This document shows, in pieces, positions 37,355 to 45,588 of a DNA stretch of 64,000 bases. Position numbers and translations under genes: made by a program. The notes under the pieces are model-generated. The model saw nothing but the letters and a program-made list of their open reading frames with translations, ran no database searches and was not told where the DNA came from. Positions within the stretch are counted from its first letter, which is position 1. Each line of letters starts with the position of its first letter. The DNA is taken from assembly GCA_964487905.1 (NCBI GenBank), contig CAZASQ010000001.1:49613-113612 (forward strand), written 5' to 3'. Source of the DNA: an uncultured Prevotella sp. Its GTDB lineage: Bacteria; Bacteroidota; Bacteroidia; Bacteroidales; Bacteroidaceae.

Positions 37355-37903
37355 TTAAAAATAAAAGAAATGGCTATAATTAAAATCGGCTATCGGCGTG
37401 TAGGCATCATTCAAATCCTCCATTCGCTCAGGAATCTCATGAAGCGGGAGTCCTTCGTCCAACAGTCCTCGCAACTTACCGAACATCACATCATTTTCTT
37501 TATTTATAATACATTGCGATGTATTGATTCCGTATTCCTCCGCCTCCTCCGCTTCGGAAATAATCATACCGGAAAACAGACCATGCAACCCCTCTTTACG
37601 CGCAAACTCATCAGCATGACACCATATCCCAATGAGATTGCCACCATGCTTACGCAGATGATAGGCGTGAGGATGCCCCACTATAATCCCATCAAACTCC
37701 TTGCAACTATCGTCCTCACGGAAGAACAGACCATTCTCCGTGCCATGTCCAAGCAACATGATGCGTTCTTGCGAGGAGACATGATGCAATAACCGCCCTA
37801 TCTCTTTTGTGGCACGGTTGTCCCCTATCACCGTTGCACCCAATCCTGCATACAGAACAGATAGCATCGCTGTGGTCCTGTCCGTGGGATGTATCACTAG
37901 CAT
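37355..37903 (-). CDS. Orphan hypothetical protein (182 aa), last gene of the Nudix/macro-like cluster
   Basis: An intact ORF with no signal peptide and no TM helix. I recognise no family. It shows an alternating beta/alpha-like pattern with conserved-looking LLGHGTENGL and GIWCHADEF segments. Confidence 0.6.
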   Translation of the reverse strand: MLVIHPTDRTTAMLSVLYAGLGATVIGDNRATKEIGRLLHHVSSQERIMLLGHGTENGLFFREDDSCKEFDGIIVGHPHAYHLRKHGGNLIGIWCHADEFARKEGLHGLFSGMIISEAEEAEEYGINTSQCIINKENDVMFGKLRGLLDEGLPLHEIPERMEDLNDAYTPIADFNYSHFFYF

Positions 37904-37983
37904 AACAACTCCCTCCCTTAATTTATTATCCTATCGCTTTCCATTTTGGAGATTTGGATTCCAACTCTTTACTTACAGCACAC

Positions 37984-38805
37984 TTATATATGGCTGATTA
38001 GCTCCAAGGTTCTCCCATCCGTCTCGCCATTATAGAAAGCATCCAATACTTTGCGAAAGATGTCGCGGGGAGACACTGCATCAAAAAGTGTCATGCACGA
38101 ACACACTTTTTGGGCATCAACTTCCCCCAAGATATCCCCCGCCGACAAGCCATCATGCGCCAGCAAGGTCTTGCTCACCTCTCGCAGCCTTGCCCCAAGT
38201 ACGGAATGACGGAGATAGGCTTCGGCTTCCTCACGCCCGCTGACACCATAGTATCGGCCATTGTCAGTTCTTCCAAGAGCAGCCAATTGAGGGAAAACGA
38301 ACCAGATCCAATGCGTTTGCTTCTTTCCCTCACCCAACTCCTGCAACACACGCGCATAATTAAACTTGTGGGCAAACAAGAAGCGCCCCAAATTATACTT
38401 GCTTTCCTCCAAAGAACGAAGAGTTTCCACAAACTCCTTGGGCAACAAGACGTTCTCCACCAGCAAAGCTTTCTCAAACAAAGGGGCTATCTCCTCGTCA
38501 CGAAATCCTGCTATTCCACAACCTATCCTTGTTACAAGGAAAGTCAAATCCTCATGTTCACGGGCAAACCGTATAAACTCATCCACGTAAGGCTTAATGG
38601 TCTCCACCCCTCCTTGCATTGTCGGGATGGCATAGCTTTGCCCTTGCAGCCCCACACCATTGCCCCACTTTGCGCCAAAGCGAAGAAAAGCCATGCACGC
38701 AGCCCCGCCACCATGCGCACCGGCAAGATTGCTTCCAAACACAAATATCTCGTTCTTCTCAAGATGAGTAATCTTCTCTGGAGTGTATTTTCTGCTGTAC
38801 GTCAT
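37984..38805 (-). CDS. Two-domain fusion: an N-terminal A1S_2505-type (macro-like) domain and a C-terminal DUF1810 domain
   Basis: The N-terminal segment is EIFVFGSNLAGAHGGGAA...GLQGQSYAIPT...FLVTRIGCGIAGF, a pattern I know from the A1S_2505 phage non-structural family. The C-terminal segment HWIWFVFPQLAALGRTDNGRYYG..EAEAYLRHSVLGARL...KVCSCMTLF matches the DUF1810 signature. Confidence 0.7.
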   Translation of the reverse strand: MTYSRKYTPEKITHLEKNEIFVFGSNLAGAHGGGAACMAFLRFGAKWGNGVGLQGQSYAIPTMQGGVETIKPYVDEFIRFAREHEDLTFLVTRIGCGIAGFRDEEIAPLFEKALLVENVLLPKEFVETLRSLEESKYNLGRFLFAHKFNYARVLQELGEGKKQTHWIWFVFPQLAALGRTDNGRYYGVSGREEAEAYLRHSVLGARLREVSKTLLAHDGLSAGDILGEVDAQKVCSCMTLFDAVSPRDIFRKVLDAFYNGETDGRTLELISHI

Positions 38806-38818
38806 CAGTTATGCCTAA

Positions 38819-39520
38819 TCAAAAATCCAACTTGATTCCCTTTTGCTTCAACTCTTCGTATTTCTGCTTATTAAACCGAAACAAACGCGCCTTTTTCTTA
38901 TTTGTGGGGTTCACCGCGTTCTCCGTCTGCTCCAGAATCTCCAGCCGCTTCATCTTATTATAGAAATTTCGGCGATCAAAACGCACATCAAGTATTGCCT
39001 CATACAGACTCTGAAGTTCCTTGATAGTAAACTGATTAGGAAGCAATTCAAAGCCAATAGGCTCAAAGTAAATTTGCTGACGCAACGCCTGTTCTGCCTT
39101 GCGCAAAATCTGGTCATGATCAAATGCCAGCTGAGGTACTTCGGTGAGCGCAAACCAACGCGCATCGGCTGCATCATCACCACTTTTCACATCCTGCATC
39201 CTCACCAAGGCATAATAGGCAATGGTTATAACCCGTTCGCGGGGGTCACGCTGAGGAGCAGTAAAGGTATGAAACTGGCGGACGGACGCCCCACGCACCC
39301 CCGTTTCTTCCTGCAACTCACGCAACGCACCCTCCTCCGCGCTCTCCTCCATTTCCAAGAAACCGCCGGGAAAAGCCCACCGCCCCTTATATGGATCCAT
39401 ACCTCGCTGTATGAGCAACACCATCAACCTTGCCCCATCAAATCCGAATATCACACAATCGGTTGTCACACTCGGATGGGGATATTTATAGCAATACCTT
39501 GCCGTCTCGCCTGTCTTCAT
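38819..39520 (-). CDS. NrtR-like protein: a Nudix hydrolase domain with a C-terminal winged-helix DNA-binding domain
   Basis: The Nudix box is GGFLEMEESAEEGALRELQEETGV. A C-terminal domain of about 80 aa (FTIKELQSLYEAILDVRFDRRNFYNKM...) is typical of NrtR-family regulators. Confidence 0.78.
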   Translation of the reverse strand: MKTGETARYCYKYPHPSVTTDCVIFGFDGARLMVLLIQRGMDPYKGRWAFPGGFLEMEESAEEGALRELQEETGVRGASVRQFHTFTAPQRDPRERVITIAYYALVRMQDVKSGDDAADARWFALTEVPQLAFDHDQILRKAEQALRQQIYFEPIGFELLPNQFTIKELQSLYEAILDVRFDRRNFYNKMKRLEILEQTENAVNPTNKKKARLFRFNKQKYEELKQKGIKLDF

Positions 39521-39557
39521 CTGTGTTTTTACTTGCAGTTATGTCAATATTACACTA

Positions 39558-39565
39558 CAAAGATA
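39558..39565 (-). promoter_or_regulatory. -7 promoter box (TATCTTTG on the minus strand) for the Nudix/macro-like cluster
   Basis: The reverse complement of caaagata, 38 nt upstream of the ATG at 39520. An imperfect palindrome, tgtcAATATTaca (39542-39554), lies between the box and the start codon. Confidence 0.5.
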
Positions 39566-39656
39566 ACGTGTTTCTCTCAAAAAGCCAAACGCTCCTGCAT
39601 AAGGCCTACACAAGCAAAGCCTTTTCCTCTATTTTGTCTCCCCAGAAGCCACATTT

Positions 39657-40508
39657 TCAAACGCGATGATACTCGACAAGACCCTCTATCGGACTTTTAA
39701 TGATTCGGGTAACAGCGAACTGATGGCGCGCAGCCACCTCGCGGAAGATAGGCCCAAGATGGGCGGCCACGCCACCCACGCAAGCCATATTGCGAAGTGT
39801 GGTGTCATAGCGGAGGATATTGTAGCGGAAGAAATCCTCAAAGTTGTCTGCCACAAGCTGTCGAATGCCCGCGTCATCGATGTGGCGGACTATAAACGGA
39901 GCTATGGAGGCCAAATACCTGTTGGCCATTGGCTCTTGATAAACGCGGCGGATAACATCCTCATAAGTTTGCTGCGTTTCTGCCAAGAATGCGTCCTTCA
40001 CGGCTGCAGACAGCCAACCTTTGAAAATGCCATTGAGGAAACGCCGCCCCAACGCGGCACCGCTCCCTTCATCGCCAAGGATATAGCCCAAGGGGGGGAC
40101 ATGCTGCGTGATGCGCGCCCCATCGTAAAGACAACTGTTAGCCCCCGTACCCAGTATGCAGGCGATGCCCGCATTGCGTCCCAATACGGCGCGGGCAGCC
40201 CCAAGCAAGTCACTGTCGGCACTCACTTCCGCCTTGGGGAACACCTCGGAAAGCAACGCGGCCATCTGTGGCGCAACAGACGGCGTACATCCCGCCCCAT
40301 AGAAGAACACGCCCGCCACTTCTTCCGCAGCCACCTGCGCCGCAGTTATCTGCGGGAGCTGTTCTTCTTGCAAAATAGAAGTGACTTGCGCCGCACGCTG
40401 ATGAAAAAGATTAATGCCCTGCGTATGGAATCGCAATGGTTCTGGAAGGACACCGCCCGTCAGTGCCCAATCGGTTTTCGTGCTTCCACTGTCTGCTATC
40501 AGTATCAT
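39657..40508 (-). CDS. BadF/BadG/BcrA/BcrD-type ATPase (N-acetylglucosamine kinase-like)
   Basis: N-terminal ILIADSGSTKTDWAL, GTGANS, and ILGDEGSGA motifs of the ASKHA sugar-kinase fold. Confidence 0.75.
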   Translation of the reverse strand: MILIADSGSTKTDWALTGGVLPEPLRFHTQGINLFHQRAAQVTSILQEEQLPQITAAQVAAEEVAGVFFYGAGCTPSVAPQMAALLSEVFPKAEVSADSDLLGAARAVLGRNAGIACILGTGANSCLYDGARITQHVPPLGYILGDEGSGAALGRRFLNGIFKGWLSAAVKDAFLAETQQTYEDVIRRVYQEPMANRYLASIAPFIVRHIDDAGIRQLVADNFEDFFRYNILRYDTTLRNMACVGGVAAHLGPIFREVAARHQFAVTRIIKSPIEGLVEYHRV

Positions 40509-40528
40509 GAGTTTACGTTTTTTCGCTC

Positions 40529-40536
40529 CAAAGGTA
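40529..40536 (-). promoter_or_regulatory. -7 promoter box (TACCTTTG on the minus strand)
   Basis: The reverse complement of caaaggta, 21 nt upstream of the ATG at 40508. Confidence 0.5.
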
Positions 40537-40612
40537 TGAAAAAATGGTGTAACATCGGCAACCGGCCGATGTTTTTATGCAACCATTGCCCGCTTTAAAG
40601 AACAAGGCTACA

Positions 40613-40698
40613 GCAAAAGGTCACCTAACGCATAGCAAAACGTTACGTTTGAGACGGCAAAAGGTATGGTTTTGCAGCATCAAACCATACCTTTCGCC
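40613..40698. repeat. Copy 5 of the 22-bp-periodic intergenic repeat (4 units; the last two form a hairpin)
   Basis: Units start at 40613, 40635, 40657 and 40681. aaaggtatggttt pairs with aaaccataccttt across a 9-nt loop. Confidence 0.85.
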
Positions 40699-40730
40699 AA
40701 GCATACAAAAAACATACTTTCAACGCGCAC

Positions 40731-40782
40731 AAAAAAAGCAAAATACCGTTGATGGATTCTACTTTCACCAACGGTATTTTGC
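40731..40782 (-). terminator. Intrinsic terminator of the helicase gene (minus strand)
   Basis: A perfect 14-bp stem, gcaaaataccgttg (40738-40751) / caacggtattttgc (40769-40782), abuts the stop codon. On the minus strand it is followed by TTTTTTT (the A-run at 40731-40737). Confidence 0.85.
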
Positions 40783-42954
40783 TCATGCCTCATTGCTTGC
40801 AGCCAGCTCGGCCATAACGGCACGCACATCATCGAAAGTGACTTCGGGCGGACAAAGATTCTTAACTGGCGTGGCGGCTTCCACCGTCCCTATCTTGTCT
40901 ATAACCTTCATAATGGTGGCATACTTCTCTGCCCCCACCAAGCTGACAGCCTTTATCTTTCCCTTCCGGACATAGTCCAACAGATGTCCAAACACCGTTG
41001 ACACAGCCAAACCACGCTCCCGGGCGATGCTCTCAACATCCTCGCCCTTGACAAAGGCTTGATACGTAAGTTCCTGACTGTAGCCTTTCGGCTTCTTCTT
41101 AGACTCAGCGCGCTTCTTCTTCACCTTTCCCCCACTCTTCTCCCCTCCATCCTGCACATTGAGCAAAGCCACCTGCTTGGCATGGAGATAGCTGCCCACA
41201 GAGAAACCTTGGTCGGCAACAACGGCCAGCACTGCCTCCTTCACCTCCACAGCCTCAACCAATTCAGAGGCTACTGTGTCGAAGCGGCGCATAAGCGTTT
41301 TGTTTGTCAGCCCTATGCGGCGCATGGCCGGGAGCAAATCGCTGAAAATGGCAACAAGTTGCTGATGAAAATAGTCTGCACTACGCCCCACGCGCTCCAA
41401 GAACTGCTCCTCATGCAATTGCTCAAAAGGCATTGATGCAATACATCGTGTCCACTTGTCGGCCACAACAAGCATTTCCCGCAACTGACTGTCCACTGTT
41501 TGCAAAAGCTGCTTGAGCGTTTCTTGCGTGAACAGATGCTCCACGATCAACCGCTGCATACGCTGCTCGCATTGCAATAGCTGCCAAAAGCCAAACAACT
41601 CCAACAGCTGCTGACGCTCATATTCCTGCTTCAGCTGAGGCAATTTGCGCACCGCGCCCATCGCTTTCTCTTCCTGCCCCTCCATATAGCTGCTCACCCG
41701 GCCATCGTTCATGATGGCATGGCGCGAGACCGGAGTGCTCAAGACAAGTCCTTCGAGCGTCTTGCAACGGCTGAGAGCCACATAAACCTGTCCCGGGGCA
41801 AAGGACTGGGCAGCATCGATGACTACGTGCTCAAACGTAAGACCTTGGCTCTTGTGAATAGTTATGGCCCACGCCAGTCGCAAAGGATACTGGGCAAACA
41901 CGCCCTGCACCTCGGCCTCAATCTCCCGCGTTGTTTCATTAAGCGTGTAGCGCATATTCTCCCATTCGCCACGCACCACGTCTATGGGCAACGCATCGCC
42001 CGGACAGAGCACCCGAATGGTCTTTGAGTCAAGGTAAACCACGTGCCCGATGCGCCCATTATAGTATCTTCCTTCGGCATCATTCTTAACAAACATCACC
42101 TGCGCGCCCTCTTTGAGCACCAGCCGTTGGTCTGTTGGGAAGTTATAGGCAGGGAACTCGCCCTCCACTGTGGCTTCATAGGTGAACGATGCACCCCGCA
42201 GCGAAGCCAACTGCGACTGATTGTGGTTGTCTGCCATACGGTTGTGGGTGGTCAGACGGATATAGCCCGCCTCGGCATGAGGACTAAACGTGGGCAGATG
42301 GCGAGCGTTGAGTTGTTGCAAGTCCTCTTCGGTCAGATTATTGCAACGCACGGCATTAAGAAGACGGATGAAAGACGCATCCTGCTGTCGATAGACACGA
42401 CTCAATGTGATGGTAACGTAGTCCACCTGCCGCAAAGCCATCGAACTGAAGAAATAAGGCGTGTCGTAACAATCGTGCAACACCGCCTCATCCTCGGGGG
42501 TAACCACTGGAGTAAGCTGCTGCAAATCGCCTATCAAGAGCAACTGCACGCCGCCAAATGGCTTGTCGTGCTCACGAAAGCGGCGCAAAACGGAGTCAAT
42601 GGCATCAAGAAGGTCGCTCCGCACCATAGACACCTCATCGATGACAAGCACATCAAGCGTTCGGATTATCCTACGCTTGTCCTTGCTGAAGTTGAACCGA
42701 TGCCGCATCTGCGACCCGGGAAGATAGGGCGAGAATGGCAACTGAAAGAAAGAATGAATGGTAACGCCGCCCGCATTGACGGCCGCCACACCCGTGGGAG
42801 CCACCACCACAAGCCGCTTTCCACTCTTCTCCTTGAGCATTTTGAGGAATGTGGTTTTTCCCGTACCGGCCTTGCCCGTCAGGAACACACTCTTCCCCGT
42901 ATGCTCCACAAACTCCCACGCGGCACGCAATTCGCTATTTTGCTCCATCGGCAC
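40783..42954 (-). CDS. Pif1/RecD-family SF1B DNA helicase with a C-terminal helix-turn-helix domain
   Basis: Walker A GKAGTGKTT, Walker B LVIDEVSMV, and Pif1-type motifs (LIGDLQQLTPV, HKSQGLTF, YVALSRC). A C-terminal HTH-like region covers the last ~90 aa. Confidence 0.85.
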   Translation of the reverse strand: MPMEQNSELRAAWEFVEHTGKSVFLTGKAGTGKTTFLKMLKEKSGKRLVVVAPTGVAAVNAGGVTIHSFFQLPFSPYLPGSQMRHRFNFSKDKRRIIRTLDVLVIDEVSMVRSDLLDAIDSVLRRFREHDKPFGGVQLLLIGDLQQLTPVVTPEDEAVLHDCYDTPYFFSSMALRQVDYVTITLSRVYRQQDASFIRLLNAVRCNNLTEEDLQQLNARHLPTFSPHAEAGYIRLTTHNRMADNHNQSQLASLRGASFTYEATVEGEFPAYNFPTDQRLVLKEGAQVMFVKNDAEGRYYNGRIGHVVYLDSKTIRVLCPGDALPIDVVRGEWENMRYTLNETTREIEAEVQGVFAQYPLRLAWAITIHKSQGLTFEHVVIDAAQSFAPGQVYVALSRCKTLEGLVLSTPVSRHAIMNDGRVSSYMEGQEEKAMGAVRKLPQLKQEYERQQLLELFGFWQLLQCEQRMQRLIVEHLFTQETLKQLLQTVDSQLREMLVVADKWTRCIASMPFEQLHEEQFLERVGRSADYFHQQLVAIFSDLLPAMRRIGLTNKTLMRRFDTVASELVEAVEVKEAVLAVVADQGFSVGSYLHAKQVALLNVQDGGEKSGGKVKKKRAESKKKPKGYSQELTYQAFVKGEDVESIARERGLAVSTVFGHLLDYVRKGKIKAVSLVGAEKYATIMKVIDKIGTVEAATPVKNLCPPEVTFDDVRAVMAELAASNEA

Positions 42955-43580
42955 TACCGTTGAGGAACCAGACCCTCAATATACCGGCAAAGGATGTCGA
43001 TGCCCTGTCGGTTTTCACCACCTTGCGGGATAATCAAGTCGGCATACCGCTTGGTAGGCTCTATGAATTGGTCGTGCATGGGCTTAAGCACCTTCAAGTA
43101 GCGATCTACCACCATCGACACAGTACGGCCACGATCAATCGTGTCGCGCTGAATATTACGTATCAGCCGCTCATCGGAATCCGTGTCCACATATATCTTC
43201 AAAGTCATCATGTCGCGCAGTTTCTTGTTGAGCAGCGTCATGATTCCTTCTATAATAATGACAGGTTTCGGCTCTACATGGATAGTTTCGGGCAGTCGGT
43301 TGCTCAATATATAGGAATAGGTGGGCTGCTCCACGGCCTTTCCATTGCGCAAATCGTCTACTTGCTTGATAAGGAGTTTCCAGTCGAAAGCATCGGGATG
43401 ATCGAAGTTGATGGCCTTTCGCTCCTCATCGCTCATACCCGTTGTGTCGTTATAATAAGAATCCAAAGGCACAACATCCACGAAATCGGGGGGCAACGCC
43501 TCCACGATTTTCTTTACAACGGTGGTCTTGCCCGAGCCTGTACCACCAGCGATTCCAATAATTGTTACTTGATTGTCCAT
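42954..43580 (-). CDS. udk: Uridine kinase
   Basis: IIGIAGGTGSGKTT P-loop, FDHPDAFD, and DTD.D.RL.R...RD motifs. Its stop overlaps the helicase start by 1 nt. Confidence 0.9.
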   Translation of the reverse strand: MDNQVTIIGIAGGTGSGKTTVVKKIVEALPPDFVDVVPLDSYYNDTTGMSDEERKAINFDHPDAFDWKLLIKQVDDLRNGKAVEQPTYSYILSNRLPETIHVEPKPVIIIEGIMTLLNKKLRDMMTLKIYVDTDSDERLIRNIQRDTIDRGRTVSMVVDRYLKVLKPMHDQFIEPTKRYADLIIPQGGENRQGIDILCRYIEGLVPQR

Positions 43581-43662
43581 TATATTAATAATGATGATGT
43601 TTCATAAAAATCATTTGCGCCTATCGCCTGTTTGCCGTCCTACGGCACAAAGGCCACCTGTG

Positions 43663-44259
43663 TCAAGCCAAATGAATATCCTCAAGCATCTGGCGATAGT
43701 ATTCCGCCTTCTGCTCTATCCTCATCGGATAAGCACGGCTACTGCTTGGCATCCGATAAAGCCGAAGCCTGCGCCCCTCAAACTCAAACTCCCGATAATC
43801 GCCCATCTGCATTTTCCCCATATCAATGCCATAATGACGAACAAAAAGCGTTGTGGCCAACTGCCCGGCAGTAACTACCGCGCAGCATTCTGGAAGAGAA
43901 CGGAGCAGCCCGTCAAGGTCTGCAGCCTCTATTACTTCCAAATCCTTATCGGAAGCCGTCCCTGTGGTACGATGAATGCGCAGGCAAGTGTCGAACAAGG
44001 CAACACCTTTCTCTTGCAAAAAGTCTTTTAACTCAGGCAAACGATAGGTCTTACGCGCCTCATCCACGAAATGCAACTTGTCCGAATAATAGATATGACC
44101 AAATATACGCCACATATCATTCGTGAAATTGGGATAATACCACTCCATGCACCAACGTTTGGGAGCAGGAGGGAATGTTCCAAGCATCAGCAATCGCGCA
44201 TTCTTGGGAATGAAAGGCTCAAAGGGGTGTGTCTCTATCTTGCTTTCGTGCATTTTCAC
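43663..44259 (-). CDS. Uracil-DNA glycosylase superfamily protein (DNA-deoxyinosine glycosylase-like)
   Basis: HPFEPFIPKNARLLMLGTFPP followed by YYPNFTNDMW resembles the G(S/T)FP-type UDG family. 198 aa. Confidence 0.55.
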   Translation of the reverse strand: MKMHESKIETHPFEPFIPKNARLLMLGTFPPAPKRWCMEWYYPNFTNDMWRIFGHIYYSDKLHFVDEARKTYRLPELKDFLQEKGVALFDTCLRIHRTTGTASDKDLEVIEAADLDGLLRSLPECCAVVTAGQLATTLFVRHYGIDMGKMQMGDYREFEFEGRRLRLYRMPSSSRAYPMRIEQKAEYYRQMLEDIHLA

Positions 44260-44314
44260 CGTAAAAAAGACAAGTGCCCAAGCGCGAGATCGGCACGCTT
44301 GGGCTATGATTTTA

Positions 44315-45355
44315 TTATTTTTGCTCTTTCATTAAATAAACCACTACGGGCAGGTGATCGCTGTAACCATCAAGCCACACTCCACCCGACGTTGTACGCT
44401 TGGGAGAGCCTTTATACTTTCCCTCGGTCTGGAACAAGTAATCGCGACGGAAAATCTGACTCTTCCAATACTTCAACGTGCTGAAATCTTTTGCTCCATG
44501 CTGATTGAGCAGATTGGGAGTCAAGACTATTTGGTCGAAAAGATTCCATGCACCACGATAGGTAAGCGTTCCCACACCTTTCTTCACCAAGAGATTGTAC
44601 CAAGGATTGTACATATCGCCAGCCCCCACTTCGTCAACCTCTGCTTTTGCGCCAAGCACTTCATACATGGAACGGTTGGTGGGGTCGTCATTCATATCTC
44701 CCATCACCAATATCTTGCGGCTTGAGTCGTCAGCGAGCAAAGAGTCCTTGACTACTTTCATCTGCTTGGCCGCCAGCTCACGATAGTAAGCTCCCGCGCC
44801 ACGGCTTGGCCAATGGCACACTATCACCGTGACAAACTCGCCAGCCAGAGTTCCATCCACAATAAGGAAACCACGCGTCTTGCGGGCAGAGTCCGATGGC
44901 TGCTCATAGAAATAAGGACGCAATTTGGTGTCACGCACTTGAAAAAGCGCGGGATTATAGATAAGGGCACAATCAACGCCGCGAGCATCAGGCCCTTCTA
45001 TATGCACAAACTGATACCCACGCTGCTTAAGCGGCTCTTGCGCCACCAAGTCTGTCATGACATGATTGTTTTCCACCTCGCTCACACCTATCAGTGCACA
45101 TCCAGCCTGTGGCAAAACGTCCGTTCCCATCTCCGAGAGCACACGCGACATATTGCGCAGCTTGCTCTCGTACTTCATCTTATTCCATTTGTAACTACCT
45201 TCTGGCAGAAACTCATAGTCCCTTTTCCCCTCGTCATGCGTGTAATCAAATAAGTTCTCCAAATTGTAAAATCCCACTGCATAAACAGAAAATTTCTTTT
45301 GTGCTTGAGCTACAACTGCCAAAAACAGCAGAATAATCAATGAAAGCTTTCTCAT
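44315..45355 (-). CDS. Secreted endonuclease/exonuclease/phosphatase (EEP) family protein
   Basis: Signal peptide MRKLSLIILLFLAVVAQAQ. EEP motifs are present: FYNLENLFD, VSEVEN, MGDMND and the C-terminal SDHLPV. Confidence 0.8.
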   Translation of the reverse strand: MRKLSLIILLFLAVVAQAQKKFSVYAVGFYNLENLFDYTHDEGKRDYEFLPEGSYKWNKMKYESKLRNMSRVLSEMGTDVLPQAGCALIGVSEVENNHVMTDLVAQEPLKQRGYQFVHIEGPDARGVDCALIYNPALFQVRDTKLRPYFYEQPSDSARKTRGFLIVDGTLAGEFVTVIVCHWPSRGAGAYYRELAAKQMKVVKDSLLADDSSRKILVMGDMNDDPTNRSMYEVLGAKAEVDEVGAGDMYNPWYNLLVKKGVGTLTYRGAWNLFDQIVLTPNLLNQHGAKDFSTLKYWKSQIFRRDYLFQTEGKYKGSPKRTTSGGVWLDGYSDHLPVVVYLMKEQK

Positions 45356-45588
45356 ATCATTTAATATTTGTTACGTCAAATTCAACTTTTTCCGCAAAAA
45401 GCCCCAGCTTCCGCGAACGTTCGAGCAAGCATCACAACATCCCACGCCGCCAAACTATTGTGCAAATATCGGCAATTATTTCCGAAATAAAGAGCCTTTA
45501 ACCGAATTTTATCTGAAAAGTTTCCCTTGTTTAAAATCTTTTTCGTTACTTTGCACCAAAATAACGTTTTCTTTAATTGAACTCAACT

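Noticed and set aside
40783-42954. A functional link between the Pif1-type helicase (a G4-unwinding family) and the G-quadruplex motif at 5220-5243
   Set aside because: They are 35 kb apart and nothing in the sequence connects them. This is a coincidence of two independently common features.
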